Origin: an uncultured virus (IMG/VR IMGVR_UViG_3300044996_000468)
Taxonomy: Duplodnaviria > Heunggongvirae > Uroviricota > Caudoviricetes
DNA: 64,000 nt
Direction: 5' to 3' (one strand)
Virus record (IMG/VR): IMGVR_UViG_3300044996_000468
Span: 1-64,000 of that record
Part shown: positions 26,728 through 36,383 of the stretch, piece after piece
Numbering within the stretch: the first letter of the stretch is position 1
Layout: every line of letters begins with the position of its first letter
Made by a program: the position numbers and the translations under genes
The notes under the pieces: generated by a model
Told to the model about the DNA's origin: nothing
The model's input: the letters and a program-made list of their open reading frames with translations, nothing else
The model's database searches: none

Positions 26728-27026
26728 GTTGCCGAGCCTTCGTAGTCCATGCCGAGCTTTAGCTGGTCACGAAGATCCAGGTAGAAGCTGACCGCGGCAC
26801 GAACGTCGTCGAAAAATTCTTCGTCGACAGCCACGCCGTCGGCCCTGTATTGACGCGAGACGCGGAAACGACCGTCTTCGACGCGGTCGATCCAAAAATC
26901 TGCGAACAGCTCGATGCCGAAGCCTGCTGGATGCGTCAAGACAACCGCGAACGCGGCCATGAGCTGCTCGGCTTGGGCACGTTCGCGTTCTGGATCGATG
27001 TCAGCCATAGGGCGCCGAAGGTTCAC
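26724..27026 (-). CDS. hypothetical protein
   Basis: Operon position with overlaps. Confidence 0.55.
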   Translation of the reverse strand: MNLRRPMADIDPERERAQAEQLMAAFAVVLTHPAGFGIELFADFWIDRVEDGRFRVSRQYRADGVAVDEEFFDDVRAAVSFYLDLRDQLKLGMDYEGSAT

Positions 27027-27703
27027 CCTCGGAGGACGTCCGTCAACACCTGATCGAGGAGCTTGTCGGTCGGCAAGGTTCCGTCGAGCAGCACCGTGTT
27101 GTCGAAGTGCTGGTAGGCGTACGCCAGGTAGCGAGCGCGCAGTCGCTGTTGGTAGGCGCGGTCTTTCTTCTCATACAGCTCGTTGCGCGTTTCGGCGCGT
27201 TTGGCGAAACGTTCCTCCATGACTTCGGGCGGGATGTCGATGATGTACACGCGATCCGGACGAAGGAACTGGACGCGCTGCTGGAAGGCGTAGATCGCTT
27301 CGACGGGGTACTCCTCGGCCTGATACACGAGGCCGCTGACCTCGACGAGACGATCGGCGATGATGTAGCAGCCGCGATCGTAGGCGGCTTGGAGGTCCGG
27401 ATCGCGTTCGACGCGATCGGCGACTAGTAGATACGCCATCCCGCGCGCGGACACGTGTTCGTGCTTGCTGAACACGCGACGGATCATCTGGCCCGGCGCT
27501 GACATCGAACTGGGGAAGTTGCAGGTGTAGATCCTGTCGGTCGTGACACCTTGCTTGTGCAGCGTCTCGGCGACAGCGCGCGAGAGGGTACTCTTGCCGC
27601 TACCGTCAGGGCCCTCGAAGGCGAGGAAGCGTGCACCGCCAGGGCGTGCCGCGAGGCGCTGTTGATCTTCGTAGTCCATGTGTGCGGTCTTGGTCTCGGT
27701 CAT
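27023..27703 (-). CDS. tmk: thymidylate kinase
   Basis: FEGPDGSGKST, ADR, IIADR, YQ, RPD. Confidence 0.9.
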   Translation of the reverse strand: MTETKTAHMDYEDQQRLAARPGGARFLAFEGPDGSGKSTLSRAVAETLHKQGVTTDRIYTCNFPSSMSAPGQMIRRVFSKHEHVSARGMAYLLVADRVERDPDLQAAYDRGCYIIADRLVEVSGLVYQAEEYPVEAIYAFQQRVQFLRPDRVYIIDIPPEVMEERFAKRAETRNELYEKKDRAYQQRLRARYLAYAYQHFDNTVLLDGTLPTDKLLDQVLTDVLRG

Positions 27704-27717
27704 GTTCTTCTCCGAAT

Positions 27718-29784
27718 CTATCGTGAGGCTGATGCGAGGAACTTGCCTGCGTCGGCGAGGACTTTCGAAAAGCCGACGAACGGAAGCGAACGGCGCATCA
27801 TGCCGCCGTACGACTTTGCGAGGATGCGCGTGTCGAGAAGCACGAACACACCGCGATCCGTCGTACTGCGAATCAGTCGACCGGCACCTTGCGCCAACTC
27901 GATGGCGGCGCGCGGGAAGTAGAAGTCGTCCCAGAAGGTGTCTGGGTGCTTCTGTTTCATCATGTCGACGAGCGGATCGTTGAACGATTCGAGGGGCAGC
28001 TTGTCGATCACGAGGCACGATAGTGCTTCGCCTTGAATGTCCAGCCCGACCCAAAAGCTCTTAGTCGCGAGGAGGACCGAGTCGGTCTGTTCGCGGAACA
28101 TGTGCGCGAGGGTCTTGTTGGGCGCGTCGCCCTGAACCAGCAACGGGTAGTCGATGTTGCCTTGCAACTGCTCCGCGACGTACTTCAGGCGCCGCCACGA
28201 CGTGAACAGGACGAGCGTGCGCCCTTTGCAATCACGGATGAGCGTCTTGATCGCTTCAGCGGCCTTCTGGTTGTAGATCGCGTCGTTTTCTGGAATCGGC
28301 CACGGGATGCCGAGCGGTACGATGAACTTGGCTTGTGTCGCGAAGTTGAAGGGGCTCGGTACACGCACACCGATGACGTTGGCGCCGGGGACGTTGGTGC
28401 CGCGTTGGGCGAACTGCCAGCTGTGCAGCCGGACGTCTTCGTTGCCGGCGTTGACTTTGTCGGTGCCGGGTAAAACCGCTTGGCGGACGAGGCCCAGCTC
28501 GTCGCGGATGAAGTCGAACGTTCCGCCGCTCGTCATCGTCGCAGACACGCAGATCACCGACGGGTACCGTTCGAAGACGCGCTCGGAAAGATGCTGTCCG
28601 ACGCGGTATGGGACGGCGCGAAGCCGGACGGTAGCAGCCGTGACGCGCTGATCGTCGTTTGGCTTGTCGATCCAGTACGCCGTCGTGTCGTTGAGCTGCC
28701 CTGCAAATTCCTTGATTTGGACGACGAACGTCTCAGCACGGTCGCGACAGGACTTTCGCATCGCACACGTTCCACAGAGCGCGGGCGTGTCACATCCACA
28801 GCCGCCCTGCGCAGCCCGCATCGCATCGTCAAGCACGTCGACGATTTCGATCGTCGCCACGCAATCGACTTCAGCGACGCGGGGTGATTCCATGTTGAGC
28901 GCGTAGCGCGCGACGTCTTCGAAGAAGGGGCTCGCGGTGTCGCGCAACGCCTTGGCGAGTCCGCGATCGCCGAGATACTTCGAGATGTCGGATGCGAGCT
29001 GGTTGATGTGGGTCAGGCCCAGTTCGCGACCGAAACATCGCCGCGCGATGTTGGCAGCCTCGTGAGCCTCATCGAAGATGACGGTCTGGAAGTTCGTCCA
29101 CGTCGGATCAGTTGTGTGGAGCAACTTGGAGAAGAACAGGTCGTAGTTGGCGACCACCACGGTGGCGTTCTCTGCGTTGTCGGCGGCGCGTTCGGCGAAG
29201 CACGACTCGTAGTAGGCACACGCGCGACGCCCGCAGCGTTCACCAGACACCGAGAAGACGTTCCACGTCCGTTGTGAGACAGCCGGTGGCGCCTCGGACT
29301 GATCGCCGGTAGGGGTGGCTGTTCCCCATGCGCTGAGCGCTTGCGCTTCGATGTTTCCGTCGAGATCGAGTCCCGGAATCGGTGCACCACTGTCGAACAT
29401 CGCCATCTCGCGCTGGCAGAGGTAGTTCGCACGGCCCTTGAGGAGCGCGAAACTGAAGTCAATCTCTTCGTCGGCGGCGGCGAAGGCTTTCTCGACGACC
29501 GGAAGATCCTTGTCGATCAGCTGCTCCTGCAGCGCCTTGTTCGCCGTGACGACGAGGACGCGTCGACCCTTGTGGACGGCGTGCCGGATGGCCGGAATCA
29601 AGTACGCCATCGTTTTGCCGGTTCCAGTCGGTGCTTCTCCAAGGAGAACGAGGCGACCTTCGATCGCCTCGTCGACGGCCTGTGCAAGCTGCACTTGACC
29701 TTCACGCTTGGAGTACCCCGGGATCACGGTCGCAAGCGCACCCGTGAAGTCGTCGAACATGTTGTCGATGTAGTTCGTGCTCAT
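27718..29784 (-). CDS. dinG: DinG/YoaA-family Fe-S helicase
   Basis: REGQ, EAPTGTGKT, KGRANYLC, C..C..C, DEAH, SAT, LFTS, FWVGLD, QGAGRLIRS. Confidence 0.92.
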   Translation of the reverse strand: MSTNYIDNMFDDFTGALATVIPGYSKREGQVQLAQAVDEAIEGRLVLLGEAPTGTGKTMAYLIPAIRHAVHKGRRVLVVTANKALQEQLIDKDLPVVEKAFAAADEEIDFSFALLKGRANYLCQREMAMFDSGAPIPGLDLDGNIEAQALSAWGTATPTGDQSEAPPAVSQRTWNVFSVSGERCGRRACAYYESCFAERAADNAENATVVVANYDLFFSKLLHTTDPTWTNFQTVIFDEAHEAANIARRCFGRELGLTHINQLASDISKYLGDRGLAKALRDTASPFFEDVARYALNMESPRVAEVDCVATIEIVDVLDDAMRAAQGGCGCDTPALCGTCAMRKSCRDRAETFVVQIKEFAGQLNDTTAYWIDKPNDDQRVTAATVRLRAVPYRVGQHLSERVFERYPSVICVSATMTSGGTFDFIRDELGLVRQAVLPGTDKVNAGNEDVRLHSWQFAQRGTNVPGANVIGVRVPSPFNFATQAKFIVPLGIPWPIPENDAIYNQKAAEAIKTLIRDCKGRTLVLFTSWRRLKYVAEQLQGNIDYPLLVQGDAPNKTLAHMFREQTDSVLLATKSFWVGLDIQGEALSCLVIDKLPLESFNDPLVDMMKQKHPDTFWDDFYFPRAAIELAQGAGRLIRSTTDRGVFVLLDTRILAKSYGGMMRRSLPFVGFSKVLADAGKFLASASR

Positions 29785-29798
29785 GCTGCTCCCCTAGT

Positions 29799-32700
29799 TC
29801 AGTTGACTTCCGCCCAAGTTTTTCCGGCCTTGGCGTCGACGGGAAAATTCATCTTGTTGCCGTTGTACTCGACCTCGCGCGTGAAGCACTTCACGACGAG
29901 GGCCTTGAGCAGATCCTGATCGTCTTCGTCGCACTCGAAGACTACGGCATCGTGGATCTGAAGGATCGGCCACGCGCCCTCGGGCAGGAGCGGCATGATA
30001 TCCGCGAGCCCCAGGTTGATAAGGTCAGCGCCCGACGCCTGAATCGGGAAGTTGACGACTTCGGTCAGGTCGAACTGCTTGATCGGAAAACATCGACGAC
30101 GTCCGAGGATCATGCTTCGGATCTCGCCTTGCTGATCCGCCATCCGTTGCATGTCCTGGTGCCACTTGGTGACGCCCGGCATGCGGGTCTTCATCACCTG
30201 CACCATCTTGCCGATCATGCCGATGGTGACCTGCGGGTAGTCGCGGACGACGGCCTTCCACAACGTCTCGATCGAGCCGGCGTAGAACGCGCCGTACTCC
30301 GGGCGCTTGATCAGGTCGCGGCGGACCTTGCGTTCGTCGACAGGAACCGTGTCGAAGTCCGGCCAGACGATGCGCGCGAACTCGCTATGGATGTCCTTGT
30401 CCTTGTGGAAGATGTCGAGGAGGAACGGGTCACCTGACATGAGCGCGATCAGGCGTGCTTCGAGTTGCTTCGCATCGAAAGCGACGAACGCACGCCCGTA
30501 CGGTGCGACCACCTGGCTACGGAGGTTGGGGCGTCCCTTCTTTTTGTCGGCCTTGGGCCAGTTCTGTGCTTGTGGTCCTTCGGAGCGCCATCGTCCAGTG
30601 ATGGCGTGGACGCTCCATCGTGGGTGAACACGCAGCCACGGATCGGCGAAGCCGTAACGGATCTTGCCGGGGATCGGTCGGCCTTCCTTGTCGAGGACCG
30701 GGCGATCGAGCATGCGTTCACAGAACGTCGACAGGAGCTTTGCGTTCTCGCGGTAGTTGAGGAGCGCTTGGATTTCCGGGTACTGCGAGAACGCTTCGAG
30801 GACGTCTTTCTTTGTCGAGATTCGACCACTGGCCGTCTGAAGACTGAGCGGCACACCGCAGGCCTTGAGGAAGGCCACGATGTGATCGCCCGAGTCGATC
30901 ATGAAGTTGAACTTGCTAGCCTCGATCTCGCCGAGGCGTTTCGAAATACGTTCGTCAAGATCGATCGGATCGTGCTTTCGCGTACGCCGCGCCTGTTCGA
31001 AGGCGAGCCGTTCCTTGAAGCGCGCCAGGATCGTCGGATCCTGAATTTTGTCGTCCAGCTCTTTTTTGGCCGCATCGATGTTGGCGCGGAAGCCTTTGCG
31101 GAGTTGCCCGTTGATTTCTGGATCGATCGGGACGCCCTTCATGTGCATCACGCTGGCGGCGTGCGCCATCGCGAGATCCACCTTGTAGGTCTTCTCGGCG
31201 TTCGACTCCTTGATGATGAGCGCGATCGGACCTTCGATACGTGCCGTCGCAAGCGTGTCGCGTGCGTTGTAGGGCAGCAGCTCGTCGAGCGTTCCTTGAC
31301 CATGGCGGTATTCGGCCTTCCACGGCGGAGCGGCGTAGAACTGCGTCAGGACACGCTGAAGGTTGTGTGCGAGGCCTGGGAACGCACTGTGATGCATGAG
31401 CATCGTGCAGTGGATTTCGCCGTTGATCTGAAAACCGTGACGTTCCAAGACAGGTACGTCGTAGATCCGGTTGTGGAAGATCTTGACGACGGACTCGTCG
31501 GCGAACAGTTTGTCGAGCGGTTCGAGAACCTCCGGGATGCACAGCTCCCACGCGATGCTGATCGCGCGCTCGAACGTGGCGAGCCCGAGCGCCGACATGT
31601 TGGCGTTGTAAGGTGAGAGCGCGGTGTGTTGCTTCGTGTTTTCGACGAAGGTCTCGGTGTCACACGCGAACCGACCTGAACGGTATGCGTCGACGACGAA
31701 GTCGGCGACGAGCTTCTTCGCCCGCTGCCAATCTTCTAGTTCGACCTGAATGTCGTCGGTGAACTTGATGTCGGCGCCCTGCGAGATCAGGTTCACCTTG
31801 GCCGTGTCGTAGAGCAGGTTCCAGAAGGCGAGGTCGACCGTGTGTGACCCACCACCGCCACTCGCACCGCCGCCACGAAGGATCGCAGCGGGGTGAATGC
31901 TCGGGATCACCGCACGCGTCCGTCCGCTGTTGTCGCAGTCGACCTCGTGGTACGAGCCCGCCATCTGCGTGATCGAGAACTTCTCGTTGCCAGTGAGTTG
32001 TTGGGCGGCGTGAGCCCCGAGGGCGAGGACGGGCACGCCGGGGAACTGTGCGATCTCTTGTTTGAGTCGGTCGCCACAAGCTTGACGTGCTTGCTTCTTG
32101 ATGGCGTCGGAGGCGCCGTGCGGCGGTTGGCAGTTGTGAACGACGGCTCCGGGCGTGAGGAAGTTGTGCGTGCCTTCCACTTCGAGGCAGTACACGGTCG
32201 CGCCTTCGCCTTTTCGTCGGGGGCTCGTACAGACGCTCTCGGCCTGATCGTAAAAGGCCGCTGCTGGAATGGGCTCGTATGTTTGCGGGTCGTACTTGCC
32301 GCGATCTTCAGGTCGAAGTTTGTACGCCATCACAGGTGGAACGTAAGTCGCGATCGCAGCACTGAATCGCGCAGTCCCTTCGACCGTGAATCGGATACGG
32401 CCGCGCCGAACGCGGTTTTCGAAACCGCGTGCACGTAGTACTGCAGAGGCGTGAAGAAGATCTGGTTCGGGAAAGGCGACGCCACAAATCTCGGCGAGCG
32501 GACGGTGCCCGTTGCGGATCTGCATGTACCCATCGTCTAGGTACCAGACGGCAAACAACAGCTCGTCCGCCGAAGCGAGAACAGTCGATGGGATTCGTTT
32601 CTTGCCTTCGGGGTAGAAGAGGTCGCGTGTTGCATGTCCCCATGCACCGGCAGCTGTACGGAACCCGTACTTAGCTTGCTCATTTTGTCGGGGTGGCTGT

Positions 32701-33488
32701 TGGAACAGTGACACGCCGAATTTTTTCAACACGCGCGCCTTCAGCATCGCGTACTGTTTTTGATCTTCGGCGTGGGTAACTACGAGTGAGCCCTTTGCGA
32801 GGGTTCCGTCACCGAGCAACGTTCCATAGGCAACCTGCAGTGCACGACCCGCAGGTGCCACGTCGCCGGTGGCGATCCACCCACCGTTGATATCGGCGGC
32901 GGGTCGCCAACCTTCCGGTGTCAGGACGGGATGATCTTCGGTAAGTACGGCATGCGTTCGTCCTCGGGCTCCTGCACGTTGCGCCCATCGGAACGATACG
33001 TCACGCATCTCGCGCGTTCCTCGTGGATTTCGATACCAGTTCGTAACGCGCGCTGCGATCACACTCCCTGTTGCGTCGATGGACTGTACGAGTCCGTCAT
33101 AACGGTTGGCAACGAGGTGATCGATCCGTTTCAGGGATCCGTCTGCGAGTCGAACTTGGGTGGTCCCTTCGACGCACAGCATGCTGTTCGACACCCACAA
33201 CGACTCACGTGCGATGCCGAGCCTGGAGAGCGTTTCGTTGACGAGACGACCGGAGCTGCCGACGAACGGGCGCTGCTGGATGACTTCGTTCTGGCCAGGT
33301 CCTTCGCCGACGACGATGAAGTTTGGCCGTTCCCAGCCCTCACCGAAGACAGGTTGGTTCGGTTTGCCGAACTTGCCGAATGGACAGTTTGCGCAGTCGG
33401 CGCCGTGCGCGTTGCCGCGGATTGTCTTCGGCGCGTCGTCGTCGACGAAGCGATCCTCGGACGGCATATCGGCAACGGTGAAGCTCAT
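29799..33488 (-). CDS. polA: family A DNA polymerase with N-terminal family-4 uracil-DNA glycosylase domain (SPO1-type fusion), intein-containing
   Basis: UDG: CANC, GEGPG..E, PFVGSSG, HPAAILR; exo: DTET, HNRIYD, YNARD; pol: DAKQLEAR, R...KRPEYG, QIHD; start at MSFTV by ATGA overlap. Confidence 0.93.
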   Translation of the reverse strand: MSFTVADMPSEDRFVDDDAPKTIRGNAHGADCANCPFGKFGKPNQPVFGEGWERPNFIVVGEGPGQNEVIQQRPFVGSSGRLVNETLSRLGIARESLWVSNSMLCVEGTTQVRLADGSLKRIDHLVANRYDGLVQSIDATGSVIAARVTNWYRNPRGTREMRDVSFRWAQRAGARGRTHAVLTEDHPVLTPEGWRPAADINGGWIATGDVAPAGRALQVAYGTLLGDGTLAKGSLVVTHAEDQKQYAMLKARVLKKFGVSLFQQPPRQNEQAKYGFRTAAGAWGHATRDLFYPEGKKRIPSTVLASADELLFAVWYLDDGYMQIRNGHRPLAEICGVAFPEPDLLHASAVLRARGFENRVRRGRIRFTVEGTARFSAAIATYVPPVMAYKLRPEDRGKYDPQTYEPIPAAAFYDQAESVCTSPRRKGEGATVYCLEVEGTHNFLTPGAVVHNCQPPHGASDAIKKQARQACGDRLKQEIAQFPGVPVLALGAHAAQQLTGNEKFSITQMAGSYHEVDCDNSGRTRAVIPSIHPAAILRGGGASGGGGSHTVDLAFWNLLYDTAKVNLISQGADIKFTDDIQVELEDWQRAKKLVADFVVDAYRSGRFACDTETFVENTKQHTALSPYNANMSALGLATFERAISIAWELCIPEVLEPLDKLFADESVVKIFHNRIYDVPVLERHGFQINGEIHCTMLMHHSAFPGLAHNLQRVLTQFYAAPPWKAEYRHGQGTLDELLPYNARDTLATARIEGPIALIIKESNAEKTYKVDLAMAHAASVMHMKGVPIDPEINGQLRKGFRANIDAAKKELDDKIQDPTILARFKERLAFEQARRTRKHDPIDLDERISKRLGEIEASKFNFMIDSGDHIVAFLKACGVPLSLQTASGRISTKKDVLEAFSQYPEIQALLNYRENAKLLSTFCERMLDRPVLDKEGRPIPGKIRYGFADPWLRVHPRWSVHAITGRWRSEGPQAQNWPKADKKKGRPNLRSQVVAPYGRAFVAFDAKQLEARLIALMSGDPFLLDIFHKDKDIHSEFARIVWPDFDTVPVDERKVRRDLIKRPEYGAFYAGSIETLWKAVVRDYPQVTIGMIGKMVQVMKTRMPGVTKWHQDMQRMADQQGEIRSMILGRRRCFPIKQFDLTEVVNFPIQASGADLINLGLADIMPLLPEGAWPILQIHDAVVFECDEDDQDLLKALVVKCFTREVEYNGNKMNFPVDAKAGKTWAEVN
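32133..33176 (-). mobile_element. LAGLIDADG intein (348 aa) in the UDG domain of PolA
   Basis: L|CVEGTTQV...THNFLTPGAVVHN|C; GTLLGDG and WYLDDG blocks. Confidence 0.93.
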
Positions 33489-34600
33489 GCGCGCAGTGCC
33501 TCCATGAACCACGTGAGCCACGAAGGAAGATCGACGATGGGCGCCGGAATCCAAAACGCCGGTTCACCAGAAACTTGCGTTGAAGGGGCGACTGCGATGA
33601 GGCCTCCTTCACAGAGAATTTCTAGGCCGGCCGCGAATCGTTGGCTGCGCGGGAGCCAGAGGCCGTGCGGAACGTTGTAGAAGTGCGCGCGCACGTCACC
33701 TGTCTGATGTGTCAACGTGATTGGTAGAGGCCCGTCGACAGTACTGACGGCGCGTGTGACTACGACCAAGAGTCGCGATGCTCCTCCAGTTCGAATGCCG
33801 ATGCGCGTGCTTGGTGCGTGCCTCCACATATTGGCGACGCGTTCAGGGCGACATCCAGGAAATGTGTGTGAGACGAGATGCAGTCCAAGTTGTCTACAGG
33901 TTGTTCCTTCTGAACACGTACAACCGGCCTTGCCTTGTGCTTCAGGGGTCCTGAGCGGATTCGTGAATTGTAGATCTCGCAACGGGTCAACCCAGAAGTG
34001 GTGCTGCACATACCGTTGCGCAGCTTCGGTCAAGGACACCGTGTGATTCGGAAGCCAGGACCAGTCTCGGGTCTCGTGAGGCGTTGGTGGTGGTGGTGGC
34101 ACTGCTGCGAGCAATTGTTCGGCGTCAGCCTCGCGCAGAAATTTTTCCGGGATCAGATAACACGGTCGTGCAATGTCTTCGCGCCACCAGTTCGCGTAGC
34201 GCGCCAGACGTGGCAATGTCCAACCTACGATCTCGATCGACGGACAACGGTGGGTGTTGACCAGGACGTGGGGGACATCTTCGGGATCTTGATCATGGAG
34301 TGGTAGACACCCGTTGGGATAGTTCGTCGAGCGAACACGGATCCCCCCTACAAGACCAGCTTCTGTCCGCGCCGCTTCCCAGTCGCGCAGATTGAGTGCA
34401 CCTGCCCATCCACAGTTCAGGAACTGTGCGAATGCGTACTCAGCGAGTGCACCTTGAATGTCGATCGTCTCACCGTCGGCTGTCGGCGTGACGCGCCCAT
34501 CGTTGCGACCGCCTTGACGCTGTACGCGATAGCGTGTGCGACCAACCTTGACGGCGTGCGCGACCTCGACATCAGACAGTTGAATCTGGATTCGCGTCAC
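33485..34600 (-). CDS. fusion: unknown nuclease-like N-domain plus degenerate Prim-Pol domain
   Basis: C-half CTC..C..GLH, W..APSTRIGIRTG, GGLIAVAPS...SG..W parallels 53867..55072 but lacks DxD. Confidence 0.6.
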   Translation of the reverse strand: MTRIQIQLSDVEVAHAVKVGRTRYRVQRQGGRNDGRVTPTADGETIDIQGALAEYAFAQFLNCGWAGALNLRDWEAARTEAGLVGGIRVRSTNYPNGCLPLHDQDPEDVPHVLVNTHRCPSIEIVGWTLPRLARYANWWREDIARPCYLIPEKFLREADAEQLLAAVPPPPPTPHETRDWSWLPNHTVSLTEAAQRYVQHHFWVDPLRDLQFTNPLRTPEAQGKAGCTCSEGTTCRQLGLHLVSHTFPGCRPERVANMWRHAPSTRIGIRTGGASRLLVVVTRAVSTVDGPLPITLTHQTGDVRAHFYNVPHGLWLPRSQRFAAGLEILCEGGLIAVAPSTQVSGEPAFWIPAPIVDLPSWLTWFMEALRA

Positions 34601-36318
34601 GACGCGTCCTCGAAGAGTGCGTCGGCTGCTTTCACAGCGGCGCTGCCGACCTCGTTGGTCAGCTCCTTCGCACCGAGGCGAAGTAGGTACGCGTCGCGCG
34701 TCGATCGTTTGAAGCCGGTCAGCTCGTCGATCTCGGCTTTATGGACGGGGTTCGGCCATGCGTTGGCGAGGATCTCCAACACCTGACGTTCGCCCTTGGG
34801 GAGCTTGGCGAACCAGTAGTCGCGTAACGCTTCGCCGGTAGGTAGCGGTTCGACGTCGGGCATCGCGGCGATGCCTTCCTCGGTTGCAAAGATCGTATCG
34901 CCGTCTTCCGAGAGGAGACCCTTCTTCCGAAGCCGCAGGATGTAAGCATCCCGCGTCGAACGTTTGTAGCCGGTGAGCGTGGTGACTCGCTTCTTGATCA
35001 GCCCGTCAACGAACTGAATCGCCGCACGTAGCACGGCGGCCTCACCTTCGGGGAGTGGCTTGTCGTCGTAGGTGCCGTGCGACTTGGACGTAGAACGTAC
35101 AGGCGCAGGTGCGGGCGTTAACGTGAAGCCCTTCGGTGCCTTCGTCGGCTGCTTCACGGGCAGCACGACAGGCGCCTTGAGCGTTCGGCCCGAATTCAAA
35201 ACGAACGTTTGCAGCGTCGTCACCTGCGCGCGCAGGCTTGCCGTGCCGGCCGTCAGCGTCTCCAGGCCCGGCGCGAGCCTCTCACTGATCGCCAGCATCT
35301 TGACGGCGATCGCCTCGATACGCTTCAGGTCGCGATCTTTGAACGCAGGCTTCTCGACGATCTTGGTCTCGATCTTCGTCTCGGCCTTCGGCTGCGCGGC
35401 CTTGGTCTTGGTCAGCTCGGACTTCAGCTGTTTGATTTGCGCGCGCAGATCGCCGACGGTCTTGGCCTCTTCTTCGGCTTCGTGGGGCAGGTCCGCGAGC
35501 TGTGCGAGGACTTTCTTCACGCGCTCGCGTGGCGGCGTCGGAGGCGTCGCACGCTGACCTGCGCGCAGGTGCGTCGTCTGAACGCCGCCGACTTGGATCT
35601 GTTTGACTTCGTCGGCGAACGCGGGACCGAAGACGTAGAACTGCCCTGGCTTGAGCGTGCGAAGCGACATCGTGTCTTCGCGCGTCGTGAAACCCAGCTC
35701 CGCGGCGGCGCGTTTCATGTCGACGTCGAGGGCCGACCTGCCAATCAACTTGTTGTTGCACTCGGCAGCGGCGTCCTTCGAGAGCTTGGCGATCCGCTGC
35801 GTCGCGAGTACGCCAGCGAAGCCGCGCTTGCGGCCGAGCGCCATGAGGTTCTTGACGGCGCCCGTTGAGACGGCGCTACCGACTTCGGGGCAGTAGAGGT
35901 GCGCTTCGTCGAGGATGACGAGCGCGGAGTGCCACAGGTCGCGTGGTGCGTTCACGAGCGATTCGAGGAACCGCTTCACGAATTCGGCACGCTGGGTACC
36001 AAGCTCGTAGATGTCGACGATCACGGAAACGTTCAGCTCCAGAAGTCGACGAGCGAGCAGCGTCGCGCTTTTCAAATCGGCGGGGCAGTCGCCTTTCTGA
36101 CCCGCGAGCACGAAGTCGAACTTCTCGCGCAGCGTGTGGTACTCGCCGTCGTGATCGATGACGATCTGTTGGGCCTTGCCGTACGTCTGTTCGATGAGAC
36201 GGCGGATCGCCCAGCTCTTTCCGGCACCGCTGTTGGCTTGAACCAGGAGGCGCGATTCGACGAGCTTGTCGACGTCGATCGCACAGTCCGCTCCTAGTAA
36301 TGGTTCACGCTTTGTCAT
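34597..36318 (-). CDS. HerA/FtsK-like (DUF87) ATPase with coiled coil and tandem winged-helix C-terminus
   Basis: QANSGAGKS, DHDGEY, LDEAH, GRKRG..ATQR; duplicated TG(Y/F)KRSTRDAY.LRL. Confidence 0.85.
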   Translation of the reverse strand: MTKREPLLGADCAIDVDKLVESRLLVQANSGAGKSWAIRRLIEQTYGKAQQIVIDHDGEYHTLREKFDFVLAGQKGDCPADLKSATLLARRLLELNVSVIVDIYELGTQRAEFVKRFLESLVNAPRDLWHSALVILDEAHLYCPEVGSAVSTGAVKNLMALGRKRGFAGVLATQRIAKLSKDAAAECNNKLIGRSALDVDMKRAAAELGFTTREDTMSLRTLKPGQFYVFGPAFADEVKQIQVGGVQTTHLRAGQRATPPTPPRERVKKVLAQLADLPHEAEEEAKTVGDLRAQIKQLKSELTKTKAAQPKAETKIETKIVEKPAFKDRDLKRIEAIAVKMLAISERLAPGLETLTAGTASLRAQVTTLQTFVLNSGRTLKAPVVLPVKQPTKAPKGFTLTPAPAPVRSTSKSHGTYDDKPLPEGEAAVLRAAIQFVDGLIKKRVTTLTGYKRSTRDAYILRLRKKGLLSEDGDTIFATEEGIAAMPDVEPLPTGEALRDYWFAKLPKGERQVLEILANAWPNPVHKAEIDELTGFKRSTRDAYLLRLGAKELTNEVGSAAVKAADALFEDAS

Positions 36319-36383
36319 GCTCGTCTCCCTAGTGACGAGATTGTGGTCGCTCCTGCTCGTAGACGCTCGGTGTTGTCCGGGGC

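Noticed and set aside
34597..36318. Genome-packaging ATPase of a tailless virus
   Set aside because: At 573 aa with a coiled coil and winged-helix tail, and located in the replication operon, it is unlike the short A32/P9-type packaging ATPases.
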